Both the position numbers and the translations under genes were made by a program. A DNA stretch of 64,000 nt from Ruditapes philippinarum. Lineage: Eukaryota. Below are positions 14,115-27,244 of this stretch, piece after piece; the stretch's first letter is position 1; the number at the start of each line of letters is the position of its first letter. The notes beneath the pieces are model-generated. The model was not told the origin of the DNA, did no database searches, and saw only the letters and a list, made by a program, of their open reading frames with translations. The stretch lies in NCBI RefSeq assembly GCF_026571515.1, contig NW_026853246.1:1-64000 (forward strand), given 5' to 3'.

Positions 14115-14280
14115 TTATCGCCGTTCCTGTACGGCGATATATACAATTGACAGGATTTGAACAGTTCTACCTGTACACCGCCCGCCTTTAGCCAATCAAA
14201 GCGAATAATGCAGTATCACATAATTACAAAATGGGCGTTATAAACTTCAATGAGGGACGCTTAAATGGACTCGCCCAACC
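14115..14280 (-). mobile_element. End fragment of a dispersed non-autonomous element with a terminal hairpin; other copies at ~4825-4972, ~29305-29395, ~57735-57825
   Basis: Shared core TTGGCTAAAGGC(A/T/G)GGCGGTGTACAG..AACTGTTCAAATC followed by a TATCGCCG..CGGCGATA hairpin, present in both orientations. Confidence 0.7.
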
Positions 14281-16577
14281 ATGTTGGCGTGTTGGATTTT
14301 TTGAAAAATGGCAGTTTCCATGGTAACCGTATATCTCAAAATTTTCAAAATAGCCAAACTGTGTTATAATAATGTATAAAATAGCTTATTACACTCACAA
14401 TAAACATAAGTTTATACAAAGCTTGCTTTGTCTTAGGGTTCAGTATAAAACAAACGATAATTGGAACATATATTTCTTTAAAAAATAAGTTTTCATGCTT
14501 TTTTACTTAACAAAAAAATGAGAAAAATAAACATGAATTCTGTAAAAAATTAAAGCTATCAAGAAATTTCTTTCATAGAATTTTCTACATTATTGATATA
14601 TCAAGTAACATTTGATGGTGGATTCAAGAATAGAAATAAAATATATATGTTGAAGTGTTAGTTTTTTGTAAACGGGCAGTTTCCATGGTTACTGCATATG
14701 CCAACTGACAAAATTACCACGCTTTCTTAAGAAATATCAGTGTTATACTAAATGTATTGTCAAATATACAACAAAAAACATGTTGTCATAAAAATTTCTT
14801 TTTATTTTGATGTTATTGTAAGTAAATGATACTAAATATCTTTTTAAAACATATCTAGGGCCATATTATTTTTTTCACTCGACAAACATACCCGAACAGT
14901 AAGCAAGTATTCAGAAATTTACAAAGAAAATAATGAAATTCGGAACATTTCTTAGATATTAATTTTTTTTTATTCAACACTTTTAATAAATCATTTAAAA
15001 CTTCTTTAACCAGTTGTCTGCCAGAAATCAAGTCGTGACGCATTTTCGTGACTATACGATAAGTGGGTGGGGTAACGTGCGCAGAATTATCATCAATGCT
15101 GTCGTACTAATGCTTGGAGAATCCTTTATCTGATGTTGTCTAAACGACCTCTTATTCTTTTAAACCGATCTCCTTTTGAACATTTAGAAATATCTATTCT
15201 GTATTATTTACTCATTATTTATTTATAGCCGAAATTTAAACACATATCCGAATACTATTCAACTTGACATTCATTTGAAGAGTAATTATCCGTGATTATC
15301 TTTCATGGAAGCGCAAAACGATGCGCACAGAAAACTACCGAAAACGTCTTTAATCTGTTGTCTTACCAGTCCTACAAGTTTCAATAATGTATTATATTAA
15401 GGAGGAGTTAGAGGTGTGGTTTGCACTCTGAATTTTAAAATATCTAGGTTAGTGAAACAATGCCAACGTATAAAAAATGGCGAGGTCAGGGGTTTCTAAA
15501 TGTGAGGATACAATCAAGTAATTTATTACATAGATAAAACATGTGGGACACGCAAAGACAAATGATTACATAGTAACTTTTTTATATCCTTTCAATTCTT
15601 AAAAATGTCTGTTATAAATTGCTGACTCTTTTAAACTTTATATTTTCTAGAAAAAGTAACCAAAACATTATTTTCTTTCACTTGATAGGAATTGCATTAA
15701 CAATCCTTGATATTAAGATACAATAATTACATTTTTGGCGAAAACTCATTGAAAATAGACCCCTCCACCTGTTAACCTAAATTTTTGACACAAAGAAAAA
15801 TAAAAAAATGAACTGTTTTTCAATTGACCAAATCAATAAGGATTTTAAATGTTAGTGAATAACTTGAAGCTAATAACGAGTTTGTATCAATTAATAATCT
15901 CTTATTTATTGTTCTCACATTTTCAATTTATTTTAAAAGGATTTACACATTTCATTAACTCCAATATTTTTACCTAATTGCATCGTTTCCTCGCGTTTTT
16001 CAAGTCATTTTATAGAAACATGATAGTCTTACTGTAGATAAAGGTATAAATTCTGTGACATTTCAGTAAAAATGTGCCTGATTATATGTTGAAAGGGCCA
16101 TTTATTTAGCTTAGTTAGAAACTTGACAAGGTGTAGACATCTTGTAGAGCGAAAGGGTGGAGCTATCGGTGATTTAGATAAATGCCTTGTTTATGGTTGA
16201 AAAAAATAATGTTGATCATTAAATAGGTAATTGTTTAATAATACGCATTAACAAAAATAATTGGTCGCCTCCCATCTATTTTTGAATGTCCATTGTGTAA
16301 CAATATAAGGTCATTTATGTTAAATATGTCATGATAAAGAACAGATTCTCTTAAAATTTTATTTTTTCATGTTATCAATAAAAACAGACAAAAGAAATAT
16401 AAATTGTGCAACATTTATACTGTGTAATATATAAGATTAAAAGAGCTTTTTGTAGTTAAATTATTGAATTATTTAATCCTTTAAATTTATTGTTGCAGTT
16501 CGTCACACTTGTTATATTGCTGTTTTGTGTTTCGACCAGTGGCCTATATTTCTTGAAACAAAAGAACTTATCCGATG

Positions 16578-18603
16578 TTAACCGAAGTATTGTGCTTTTG
16601 CTTCCTCGGTAGGCTCCCAGCAGGATGCGTTGGAAACTTTGCCGGTGAAGCCTTGCAAAAGAACATCCGCTTGACATCGTTTCTGTAATTAATTTAAACA
16701 AACTGTGTTTATTTCTCCATCATGTGTTGTTTGTTTAAGAAGACATATTACGTATTCCATTATGTGGTAACTATATTGTACTTACTCGTATAACTAACCA
16801 AGAAACAAAAATTAGCTCAAACAAAGAAACGAAATATACTGCATCAGAACAAAAATGTTTTAATGTTAACAATGACACCTGAATTTAACTTATTAATGTG
16901 TGTCGAAAGCTAACAGAAGCATAACTTATGAATGAACAATTGTATATTGAGTACTTGTTACAAAGATACTTCAGACGACAAAAGTGATAATAGATCAAAC
17001 AGCCTCAGGCTTTATATCATACAAAGAATTCATACATGATATTAAGTAATTAAATGATTTTTGATATACATTAAGAGAAAGTGTTATGTGCCATAAATAG
17101 TTCAAAGGTCTTTTACTACACGGTCTACATGAAAAAGTTGCATGACGTATTTCTAGTAAGAAATGATAAAATGGTGCAGAAGATAGCGTTTCTTTGTAAG
17201 AGGCAGATCACATACAGAATCATACTTTGATTGGTTGATAGCCTGTCATTATATGATCCTAAAGTCCATCAAATAAACCAACAAACTTTCACTACATATG
17301 AAATATAATACAATTAACAATACTAAAGAGGTAACTTTTAACATACCAATATTCCATACTGACATCTAGCTTTGAATATGACCCGGTATTCGTCGTTTGG
17401 ATGTTGAACCTGTAAAAGGTATAATGAATTAAATTCCAAATATTTTAATATTTGGTTTTTCATTTTCAGTACAAATTTTAACATGAGTATTAAACTGAAA
17501 GATAAGTTTCTATGCTAATGAGTTTGGGCTTTCGGGAAGAAATATCTCTGTGAACACAAAGCGTTAGAACACTTGACCTGTTAAGAAAGAAACTCTTGTT
17601 GCCAATACAAATCCATCACCATCTATTCTAACTTTTGTCACGCTAAATATGTAAAACTTGACAACCTGGACAAACATATTCATTGTTTTTAAGAAATTCA
17701 TAAACAGCATGAACTGAATGAGTTTTTACAGCGCAGACTATGGTAAGATGTTGTGGTAAGCAGCTTCACAGATTGAAGTTCTAACAAATCAGTTTACAAG
17801 GTGAAAATATATGTTAACTATGTACTAATATATATAAACATATCAACATGCTCCGTGACAGGTATTTGATATGGTAACAATATTCGTCATATTATTTCAA
17901 ACGTCTTTTCATTACCTTGTTATGTTTTTCAAACGTCTTTCATTACAAAAAAAATCTTTAAACAATTTAGCAATATTATTAATGTACTTATCTAGACGAT
18001 ATAAAAGTTAAGAAATAAGACTTTAAAATGCTTGACTTTTATCATAAGAGAAATGTACGTTACAAACCAAAAGTGTTTCCTATTCTGGTGATATGATTTT
18101 TTCAAGACATATGAGCCGCACCATGAAAACAACATTATGCGTTTGCGACTAGCAAGGATCCAGACCAGTCTGATCAAGATACTTGTTGTTTGTTTACAAA
18201 CTCTATAACAAGAAGATATACAGCTGATAGCGAACATTTATTCATCACACGGCTCATATATGTTTGCCATACACAAAAGTTATTGCTACTAAGTAAAAAT
18301 TATACACTCTTTGTATAACATATGCATATTTCTAAATTGCTTCAATGTCAAAGTATGCAATTTCATCTAAATTGTATTTGTCATTTTTCTTATGATTAAA
18401 AGAAAATAACTTACCTCCACATTTACCCATGCTTGTAACAGGCTGATATAATCAACTTCCAAAAATTTAGCAGCCGTACTTGCAGCTAAGATTGCTCTCT
18501 TTGCCAAAACAGAAATTGGTTGCCATTTTGTCGTCGGAGGAGGTGAAGATTCAACACAAACACTCAATAAATAGAGGACGCTAACGAAAAGTGCTACTTT
18601 CAT
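16578..18603 (-). CDS. G3: secreted cystatin-fold-like protein, 118 aa, 3 exons (18603-18415, 17409-17347, 16682-16578)
   Basis: Canonical phase-0 junctions. Spliced: MKVALFVSVLYLLSVCVESSPPPTTKWQPISVLAKRAILAASTAAKFLEVDYISLLQAWVNVE/VQHPNDEYRVIFKARCQYGIL/KRCQADVLLQGFTGKVSNASCWEPTEEAKAQYFG*. TATA-like element at 18672-18665. Confidence 0.88.
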
Positions 18604-20632
18604 TATCAAATTAAAACTGTTCAACAGGAAAAGCTGAATTACAATGATTCTTGAAGAACTTTTGTTTATATGCAGTTCAGCGAAATCTCTGACAACTTGA
18701 ATGCATTAAATAATGATGTTTATTTCTTTCTAAGGTGTAACCAGAACTGCCAAAATAGCAATTTCAAATGATTTTAAACAAAGCCTTAATTGTAAACCAA
18801 ATATGAAATTAAAATTTTGTTGTCATTATCTGAAACTTTAAGTATCTACCAAAGACCGCGAAGAACATAATAATTATAAATTTGCATAACTTATAAAATG
18901 TTGAACATATCAATCTTTGAGAATAAGCAACTCTTGTTTTGTTTTATATGTTCGCACATGTCTTTCAATACTAAATTTCTAAAAACATATCTGCACAATC
19001 TTAGTTTGAAATTTTCTTAACAATTACAATTCATTTCCTCGAATATTTTACACGTTTTCTGTCTCTTAAAGTGACATTATGTCCATACAAGTGACAATAG
19101 TAAATGTCATTAAAATAACCTCACATTTTGTCATATTTGCTTTCAACTGTTTAATTTACTATACCTGAAAAATAAAATAATTTATAAGCACATGACAAAC
19201 AAAAGCAAATTAAGATGCCCTTGAGATTTTATCGGTAGCATTCATGTTATTAAAAGATTGCAGACAGTCATGTTAATAATAAAGGCATTTGAATAACTTC
19301 TCCAAAATAGTTGTCAATATTTTGGTCAATCGCCATTATAACAGACATTCTTTTGAAATATATTACCAAATTTGAATTTAGCCCAAATTGAAAACAAATA
19401 GCATGCAATAATATTACTTTATCCATTATACCTATATCATTTGTTTAAAAAGAATGCAATACATTACAATGATTTGTATATGTGGAACAAAGTTGTCAAA
19501 ATTGATGAAAAAATCATCATACTTATTAAAGGTTACTGTTGTATCATAAAACTGTGTGACTCAAATTTTATCAACAATATTTAGAAGATGAAACAAACAG
19601 TGTGAATAGAAAATATAAAAATATAAATCAAATATCGTCTACAACTTCTTTGCAAATTCATAACCGTATTATCAAAGTATTACAATTAAACAGGGTTCCA
19701 CCTGTGAATCGAACCTGCAACAGCTTGCACACAAGGACAGTTTAAGTATTTATAAACCACTAGCCCATCTGAATTTAACGTTGCAAAGTCTCCGTATTTA
19801 AAAGGAAGTTTCTCAGAAATAGGGTCCTTCCATTTAAAATCGATATTGACTTTAAAACATTGTTTAAAATTCAAAGTGGAATAAACAAAATTGAAAGATA
19901 AGCATATCTGTTTCTTCACTAGGTTAAGTGTATATTGTGAATAGCTTAATATTCAGTTATCTATCAACGCTCTGTTTTCCTTCAGCATAGAAAATCTTGT
20001 TTAAGTTCCAATATCTTGCTCGTTGTTATTCATTAGAATAATTGACTCTTCCGAAAACATCCGAAGTTATATGGCATAACTGCCTGAAGAATACCACATT
20101 ATTTTAAATGAGAGTTTGTAACCCTTATTAATTTTGACATATTTTGTTCACGGTAAACATGTTGTTTAGCACTAAAGTATGTAATCATGAAGCTGAATAT
20201 AAGCATGTATATATATAAGAATAACACAATATTAGAAATCTTCGACCAATATCGTATGTATTCGTAGTTTTCCGTTCTAACGACGGGACATGAAAATTGT
20301 TGTTAATTATTTGACATCCTGGTAAATCATTGCAACAAGGCAGTGTCATTGACATTGTGTCTGTTGTAATAAGAAATACAGACTTTTTGTAATTGTTTAC
20401 TTTATTTTAATATATTAACGATGGTTTTTGAGTCATTAGGGATATTTAACAATTTCTTTTTGTCTTTTTTTACACAAATTAACAATATAAAGATTTTCAA
20501 AAAATCCAAATCCAAAAATGACATATTGATTATAAAAATGTTAGTTACTAAGATGTTAACAACACAAAACAACAAAACTTATAAACTTGGGTATGGAGTT
20601 TCCATATTAAATTCGATATTTCAAATTGCTTA

Positions 20633-20722
20633 TTATATCAAAAATATTATTAAATATAGACACCTATATTTGGCATGGATTTGCATGAACACAGCATTTA
20701 AAGTGTCATCAAAATGACATTT
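20633..20722 (-). CDS. Candidate exon 3 of G4
   Basis: TTTTCAG|AAA in phase 0 reads KCHFDDTLNAVFMQIHAKYRCLYLIIFLI*, with Cys at exon codons 2 and 21 (G1-G3: 3 and 21). 7 of 10 differences from the 14-kb copy fall at third codon positions. Sequence similarity to the other exon 3s is weak. Confidence 0.4.
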   Translation of the reverse strand, partial: KCHFDDTLNAVFMQIHAKYRCLYLIIFLI

Positions 20723-23700
20723 CTGAAAATATTGTTTCCATATTTTAACATTACCCCAATTTTGTTCCGTTGAAGGACACAGTTGGTGGAATTTTTAATC
20801 ATGAACAATTCTCAAAGATATCAACTATTTATTTATGTCGATTCCATTTAGCTTTGATAACACTGGGGTAATTCTTTTCAATCATTATTCCTAATCTGCG
20901 CGATGTCAAAAAATAAAAATTGATATGATACCGGAGCATACCAAAAAATAAACAGCACTTTCAAAATATCAAAAAGAAAAATGTTGTTAAACTTCTATGA
21001 GAATATAGTTATGTTGGTGGTGAAAAAAATGATAAGCAGTATTCAGTATGATGTGTGGCAGCTGTAAAAAGGTTGCCAGTGCACTACAGTGTTGGTATAT
21101 ATTTCTGGTTCTTTGGGATCATTGATTCAAACACCTTTTAGTGTACCGCTCAAGCCGGTGCTAGGGCGTGCGGGATGTTGCACTTTTCATTATCCCTCAT
21201 GTACAGACTCAATCAACCAAACCGAGTCTTCAATTTTCATGTTATTATATTGTGATTTATGCTTCCGAGGAATCACACTGTATCCAGATTTTAGTACGAG
21301 AGTTGTTCAAAAAGTAATAGGATTGAGTGTCTTCCATATTCATATTTCATTCAATTAAGAATATTTTCATATGTACAGAAATCGTAAAGTGTTCTCTACA
21401 ATTTAAGCATAAGTTTATTAAATTCTTTTGCTAAATGCGTGTTTTCTGCAGTATTGAATAACCATGGTAACACGCACCCCGCGCAGCACATCAAAATAGT
21501 TATTGAAGCTAAGTTGTAGTTCGAATTTGTTTATAATTTATTCTCTGTTTGTCTATATATTCCATAAACACATTTAATTATAATCATGTGACATTATGTG
21601 CAAATTTGATGTCATTCGGATATGAAATGACTTAATTATTTAGTTTTTTAAACAGCAGTGGTCATAACGCTAAATGGAAAAATATGACATTTGTTAAAAT
21701 CTGTAAATTTGTGCGATCGTTAAACATTGTCAACAGATTGGCTATTCTCATTCAGATACATACAAAATGATTTAATTAACAAAGGACAATCATCCTGCCA
21801 TCATAACACTTGTTTTCAGGTTGCGTAAGCAATTAAAAAACGGCGAATACAAGATCATTTTCAGGAAAGGGCGAGGATGAAAGCAGACAATTAACACGTT
21901 AATAACGTCAATTTCAAAAGCGCTACAAAATGATCGACGGTCAACGAGTCGCGAACTTATTTTTTATTTCTTATGTCTGCTTCGGGTCTACATATTTAGC
22001 TCTGACCAAAGGATTTATTATGAGACATTTGTTTGTTTTAAACACTATTTTATTGCATTTTTAAAACTGCATATACGTGTTATCAATGAATTAATATAAA
22101 AATGATTAACGGTAATAATCATTAGTATTATCCACAATTTTGTTTTAAAAAAACTGATAGACTGCTATGTAGAAAAAGATACTTTTGAATTAATATCGTT
22201 ATTTTACTGTGTATAATCATATTGTTTTAAAACACACGGTAACATGTGTTAATGAATAATATAAATCGTCTTTGCATTAACATTTAAGTCCATGTCTGTT
22301 GTGTTCCAAGATTGCTCAAAATATATATAAAAAAGCGGTGAATGACCGGCTATCGGCCATGTTTTAATATTTTTTTTTTTTTGAGAATTGAACGAAATTG
22401 TGATGGCGTTTTTCCTCGCTTCCTCTCCACATATAAAGCCTGATCATAGTCACATGGTTTACACACCTAGAGCACTAGCGACAATACTTTCAGAAAGAAT
22501 GACGCTGGTTACTTATTTTACGACGTAAAAGAACGTCATTTATTGTTTTGTTAGCGTGCGCCGGGTTTCTGGCCCCTTGTCATTTGAAAAATTCACAGAA
22601 TTATTATTTGTAAACATTTAGTATTGATTTTTTCACTGTATAAAGAGAACATGTTCAGATAAGTGTCTCATGTAAAATTGTGAAAATCAATTAAGAAATG
22701 TGAGCAATAGAGCCGCAGTCCTATTACTTTTTGAACAACCCTCGTATACGTACTCATGCAATAAACATATACTAAAATGCCTCGTAAAAGTAAACTGCAG
22801 AGAATAATGCAATCATTGTTGTAATTAAACTATTTGTTCGTGTATTTTAAGTCCTTTCTGAAACCGGTGCTTGGTGGTGTATGGTGGATTAAATCGAGCT
22901 TGCAACATTTTCAATTCTGATGATTTGGACGTTATTTAAAGAATCATTCCATTTTTTTATTTTACTTAACACTCTGACTGCCTTATGAAATGATCCGATC
23001 AGTTTGCAGTTTCACTTTGTTATGTGAAGCTATCTTTGATTTTTGTCAATTTTATTTTTTTGGGGCGCAGAACCAAAAATAACTAGCAAAATTTTCCGAT
23101 TTTTTTTTTTTAAATGCCGAAAGTAGTCCCAAATTCCCCAAAAACGGTTCTTCCCAATTTTCTTAAACCGAAAATTTTCCGAAAATCATGCTAAACAAAT
23201 GACAGGCGCTTTAAATTTTTGTAACGAAAAAAAATTCCCCATTTGGAAGACTTTTAATATTTTGTGTTTTTTCTTATAGAAATACAATCTTATATTTTAC
23301 TCCAAAACTTCATACTTAAGGTTTAAAACATGTTTAAATGGGGAACAATATATCAAAAAATTAAAAAGGGTTACAAACTCTTATTAAGAATAATATGGTA
23401 TTCTTCAGGCAGTTATCTCATAACTCCCCGTGGTTGAGGGGCTTACTCATATCCCAGTTCAGGCAACTCATGTTTTTTGTTGTTTTTTTAATTGTTTAAG
23501 CCAAATAAACATTGAATCGATAATCAGTGTTGCAATTAGTCTTATAGCCAATTTACTACAATTTACAACACCTATAACACTGGAAACATCATTGGTGACA
23601 CTTTACAAAAAAATTGGTTTATAATCCTACAACCTTCACCTTTCTGACATTCTGAGACCCAAACAAATTCAGCGCCTTCTGTGCTCTGATCATTAAAGCT

Positions 23701-24377
23701 GTCGTTCCTATAGAATGATCGATCATATTATTTTTTTGGCTTATACAATTACGATTGTCCTGTTGTTTAATGCAAGAACATATTTTTCTTGTAAAGTTCG
23801 ACGACTTAATATGTTTATTTTTTTTTAAATTATTTTTTCATTAATATAATATTATGAAGTACGCTTGTGGCTTATTTTAGTTTCAATCTTGAATCCGCAT
23901 TCTGGAAGTACCTTGGTCATAAGAAAAAAACATGGTCACCAGCAAAATATATATCGAATAACCTGGTTGAAAGGCAGAAACTTTAGTTACTTGGTCCCCG
24001 CAACACTTTTAGAACAACATGTTTTATAAATATATATAATATTTCATTTCATGATATAAACAGCCAAAATGGTTTGGCCTGAGGCTCAAACAGATCGTCA
24101 AGTGTCAGATATTGTATTTAAGCCTTACAAAATTTACAACTAAAAACGTTTGATTTTTTATCGTGAACAACATCGAAATAAGGATATTGTAGGGTTTTTT
24201 ATTTTATTTTAACTTTAGCATGACAGACTTTTCATCCTTAATGAATAAATATTACGTTAAAGTTACATCTGATACTAGCGCAAGAATCAATCTACGAGTA
24301 TATCTAGATGAAATTATATTGAACCAAGGTTATAAGAATGAAGTACTGTCGTTTTGATGAAGCAAGTTTGAATATTA

Positions 24378-24533
24378 TATAGAATATTATATTCGTGTAG
24401 ATTCAATACTAAATTTATTGAACTCGTTGAATAAAACAATATTACGCTCGCCAGAGGCTCGCATAATATGATTTTATTCAACTCGTTCAATAAATTTAGT
24501 ATTAAACCTACACTCATTCAATATCCTCTATAT
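24378..24533. mobile_element. Palindromic (fold-back) element terminus
   Basis: Imperfect hairpin AATACTAAATTTATTGAAC..GTTGAATAAAA / TTTTATTCAAC..GTTCAATAAATTTAGTATT, ending in AATATCCTCTATA, the reverse complement of the TATAGAGGATATT end seen at 32830. Confidence 0.7.
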
Positions 24534-24760
24534 GTATTATTGTGGGATGTTTCAACCAATAAAGCTTACGGCCACAAAACAAAGGCCACATTATATAACA
24601 AGTATTTAAGTAGCGGAGTGATAATTTGCTATCTTTACTTTTGGTATTAAGATATCTTAAATCGAAGATTATTTAAATCGAAATTTTGTGATTTTTTTCT
24701 ATGCATTTTGTATACTGAAGTAGTATAGGGGTCGGTTTGGCCCCTATATTTCATACTTAC

Positions 24761-26007
24761 TATAAGACCATTACTGTCTAGAGCCTTGAACTTCACCCGG
24801 TATTCATCAGTATTTTGCTTTGGCTGAAAGACAAAATATGTGTAAATATGGTATTCATTTTCTACAAAGAACTCGAGTAAAATAAGTAATGCCTCATTAA
24901 ATAAAAAATGCGCGTAAAAATTAATAATGCTCGAGTGAATTAATTTAAGTTTGCATAAAATAACTTAATAATGGTAAAGTAAAAAAATGATGTTTGAGTA
25001 GAATAATGAATGCTGGAGAAAAATATGCAATGCTCGAGTAAAACATCTCATGTGCGATTAAAATAACTACATACGAGTACATAGCATAACATGATTATGT
25101 AAGTTAATGATCCAGATTTAAAATATTTTAAGTATTTATTAGTGTAAAAATATTTATTTCAAGAATATTTGGGTATTATCATTTACAATGACAACACGTA
25201 TAAAAGAATACGTTCACATTAAATTGAGGACATTTTACTAAGCTATAAAAGTAAAAAAAATGTTAAGATACGAATTTCACTTTTGCTAAAACAATATGTT
25301 ATTTTCAGTATGTCATTACAGACAAAACAGAAATTTTTTTTTCGTATAATATGTGTGTCCAACAGACGGGTTACATGTTGTCGCTTACAATTTTAAAAGA
25401 AAATCGTTTATTCTATAACATATAGTATCTCTCAACAAACAGTCAAATACAAATTACCATGGTCACATGAGAAAAAAGAAACAAATAAGTCATGACAACA
25501 ATGCACGGTTGTTTCTAACAAATGTTGGAGTAAAATTACCAATGCCCGAGTAAAATTACTAATGTTCGACGAAAATAACTAATGCTCAGGTAAAATAACT
25601 TATGCCCGAGTACATTTTGATTTTCTGTCCTACACAACTACAAGAACTGCTTACTGGTTAAGCAACAACATCATAATTCTAATAAATATATGCACTTTGT
25701 AAACTATTAAAACATATGTGAAATTTATCTCAGATATAAAATATTTTCATTTAAATATATGCCTTAATTAACATAATAACTTTGTGAACAAATAAAATAA
25801 GATAATTATGATAAGATGACATACATTTATCCTTTCTTGAGCTGAAATCATGGCTTTGAATGTCACGCCTAGTGCTTCTGCTGCAACAAAAGCTGATCCG
25901 AGAGCCCTTCTTGACTGTATGCGTATATCGCGCCATTCAGTATACGGTGGTGGCGCAACAACAAAATTTAACATCAAAATTACACTTAAACAAACTTTAA
26001 GCTTCAT
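24761..26007 (-). CDS. G4 exons 1-2 (26007-25825, 24823-24761): secreted family member; exon 3 tentative at 20722-20633
   Basis: MKLKVCLSVILMLNFVVAPPPYTEWRDIRIQSRRALGSAFVAAEALGVTFKAMISAQERIN|GTATGT ... TTTCAG|PKQNTDEYRVKFKALDSNGLI|GTAAGT. Exon sizes of 61 and 21 codons are identical to G1; EYRVxFKA is conserved; TATAAATA at 26096-26089. An alternative in-frame ATG lies at 26022. Confidence 0.82.
24870..25612. repeat. Two degenerate 20-21-bp minisatellite patches (consensus AATGCTCGAGTAAAATAACT) in G4 intron 1
   Basis: Units are visible at 24870-25080 and 25521-25612. Confidence 0.7.
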
Positions 26008-27244
26008 TATTAAATACAACATGTACTTGAATATCAAATGACAATTACAACTTTCCTTGTGTCTGTCGCTTTGAAATCAAGTTGTCTATATTTATATGTA
26101 ATTAAGCAGTGACCATGACAGGCGGCCCTAAATTAATGTTCTAATTTATGTTCACTTAAACAAACACCACATTTGTAAATGCTTTTTGCTATGTCATTAT
26201 TTTAAGTGAAATGTGTCTTTTTCGAGAAGAACGACAAAAATTAAGTATATTTTACTTGCACGTATGCATGTTTTTTCCACAATTTGTATTGCGGTTAGGA
26301 AACATGCATGGTTTACCACAAATTATTGTTTCGATGAGGCGGCTGTGGGTTCGAATCCCGACAGGGACTTATTTGAAAGTAAGATTTTGCAAGATCTTTA
26401 TGTTTGATGCATGAAAAATTCATTCCTCTGCACTACAGCAGACTTTAAACTGAATTGCAATTCATTAAATGTCCTTAAAACATAGACTTGGAAGAGTAAT
26501 TGTAAATTGTCTATTATTTTACATCGTAAGGCTTTGTCTTTATATGAATATTGGCCCACTTTCACTTTGGACATACGAAGTGAAAATCAAACATGGCTGG
26601 CAATGCAGAATCACCTCATTATGCACTGAAAAAAATTTGAAATGTTATAAGATAATGATTTTTGAAGATGCATTACACCTAAAACAATGCTTGGGGGCAT
26701 AAGAGCTGTTGCAACTTTCATTACCTCTTATAAGTATTTACCAGGCTCAATAAAACCGGATCAGTAATATTTATCTTTTTACTTTACTTTTACTTTAGAT
26801 CTGAGCGTGACCATATACAAAATTATTTCTGGTGACTATTCACACAGCCAATCATCGGCGAGCTTTAATAATTTTGTAAGCGATGTAGTTTCTAATTTTA
26901 ACCCTGGAAAAACCAATACTGAGTAGGTAATTTTCACGATTTCGAGAACCATCATGGCGTTATCCATATATCTGACATGTAAATTGGCAATTCAATCTTT
27001 CCCATTTAAAGTTGACTCTAAACATTTTTTTGCTTTTAATATTTTTTTGCTTACCAAAAAACAACAATTTGTTTATCCTCCGTGTAAAACGGTATTTTGA
27101 TAGTTCTTCTAATGCCTATGCAAAAACTGGTTTGATGACATTGCTAAAAATAGTTTTCTCGGAAAATCCGAATTATAAAGAAGCCGAAACACAATCAAAC
27201 GTCATCAGATCTGCATAAAAAATAAGAAGATCTGAACTTTAGTC

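Noticed and set aside
23610-23690. Segment readable as ECQKGEGCRIINQ as exon 3 of G4
   Set aside because: It is out of phase with the available acceptor, has the wrong Cys spacing, and is part of a dispersed repeat also present at ~5500-5725.
24870-25612. 20-21-bp repeats as a CRISPR-like array
   Set aside because: The units are directly abutting and degenerate, with no unique spacers, and lie inside a eukaryotic intron with no cas genes.
26330-26380. GGGTTCGAATCCC B-box (also ~5488, ~53748) as tRNA genes
   Set aside because: No cloverleaf can be formed; these are SINE/MITE-derived fragments.
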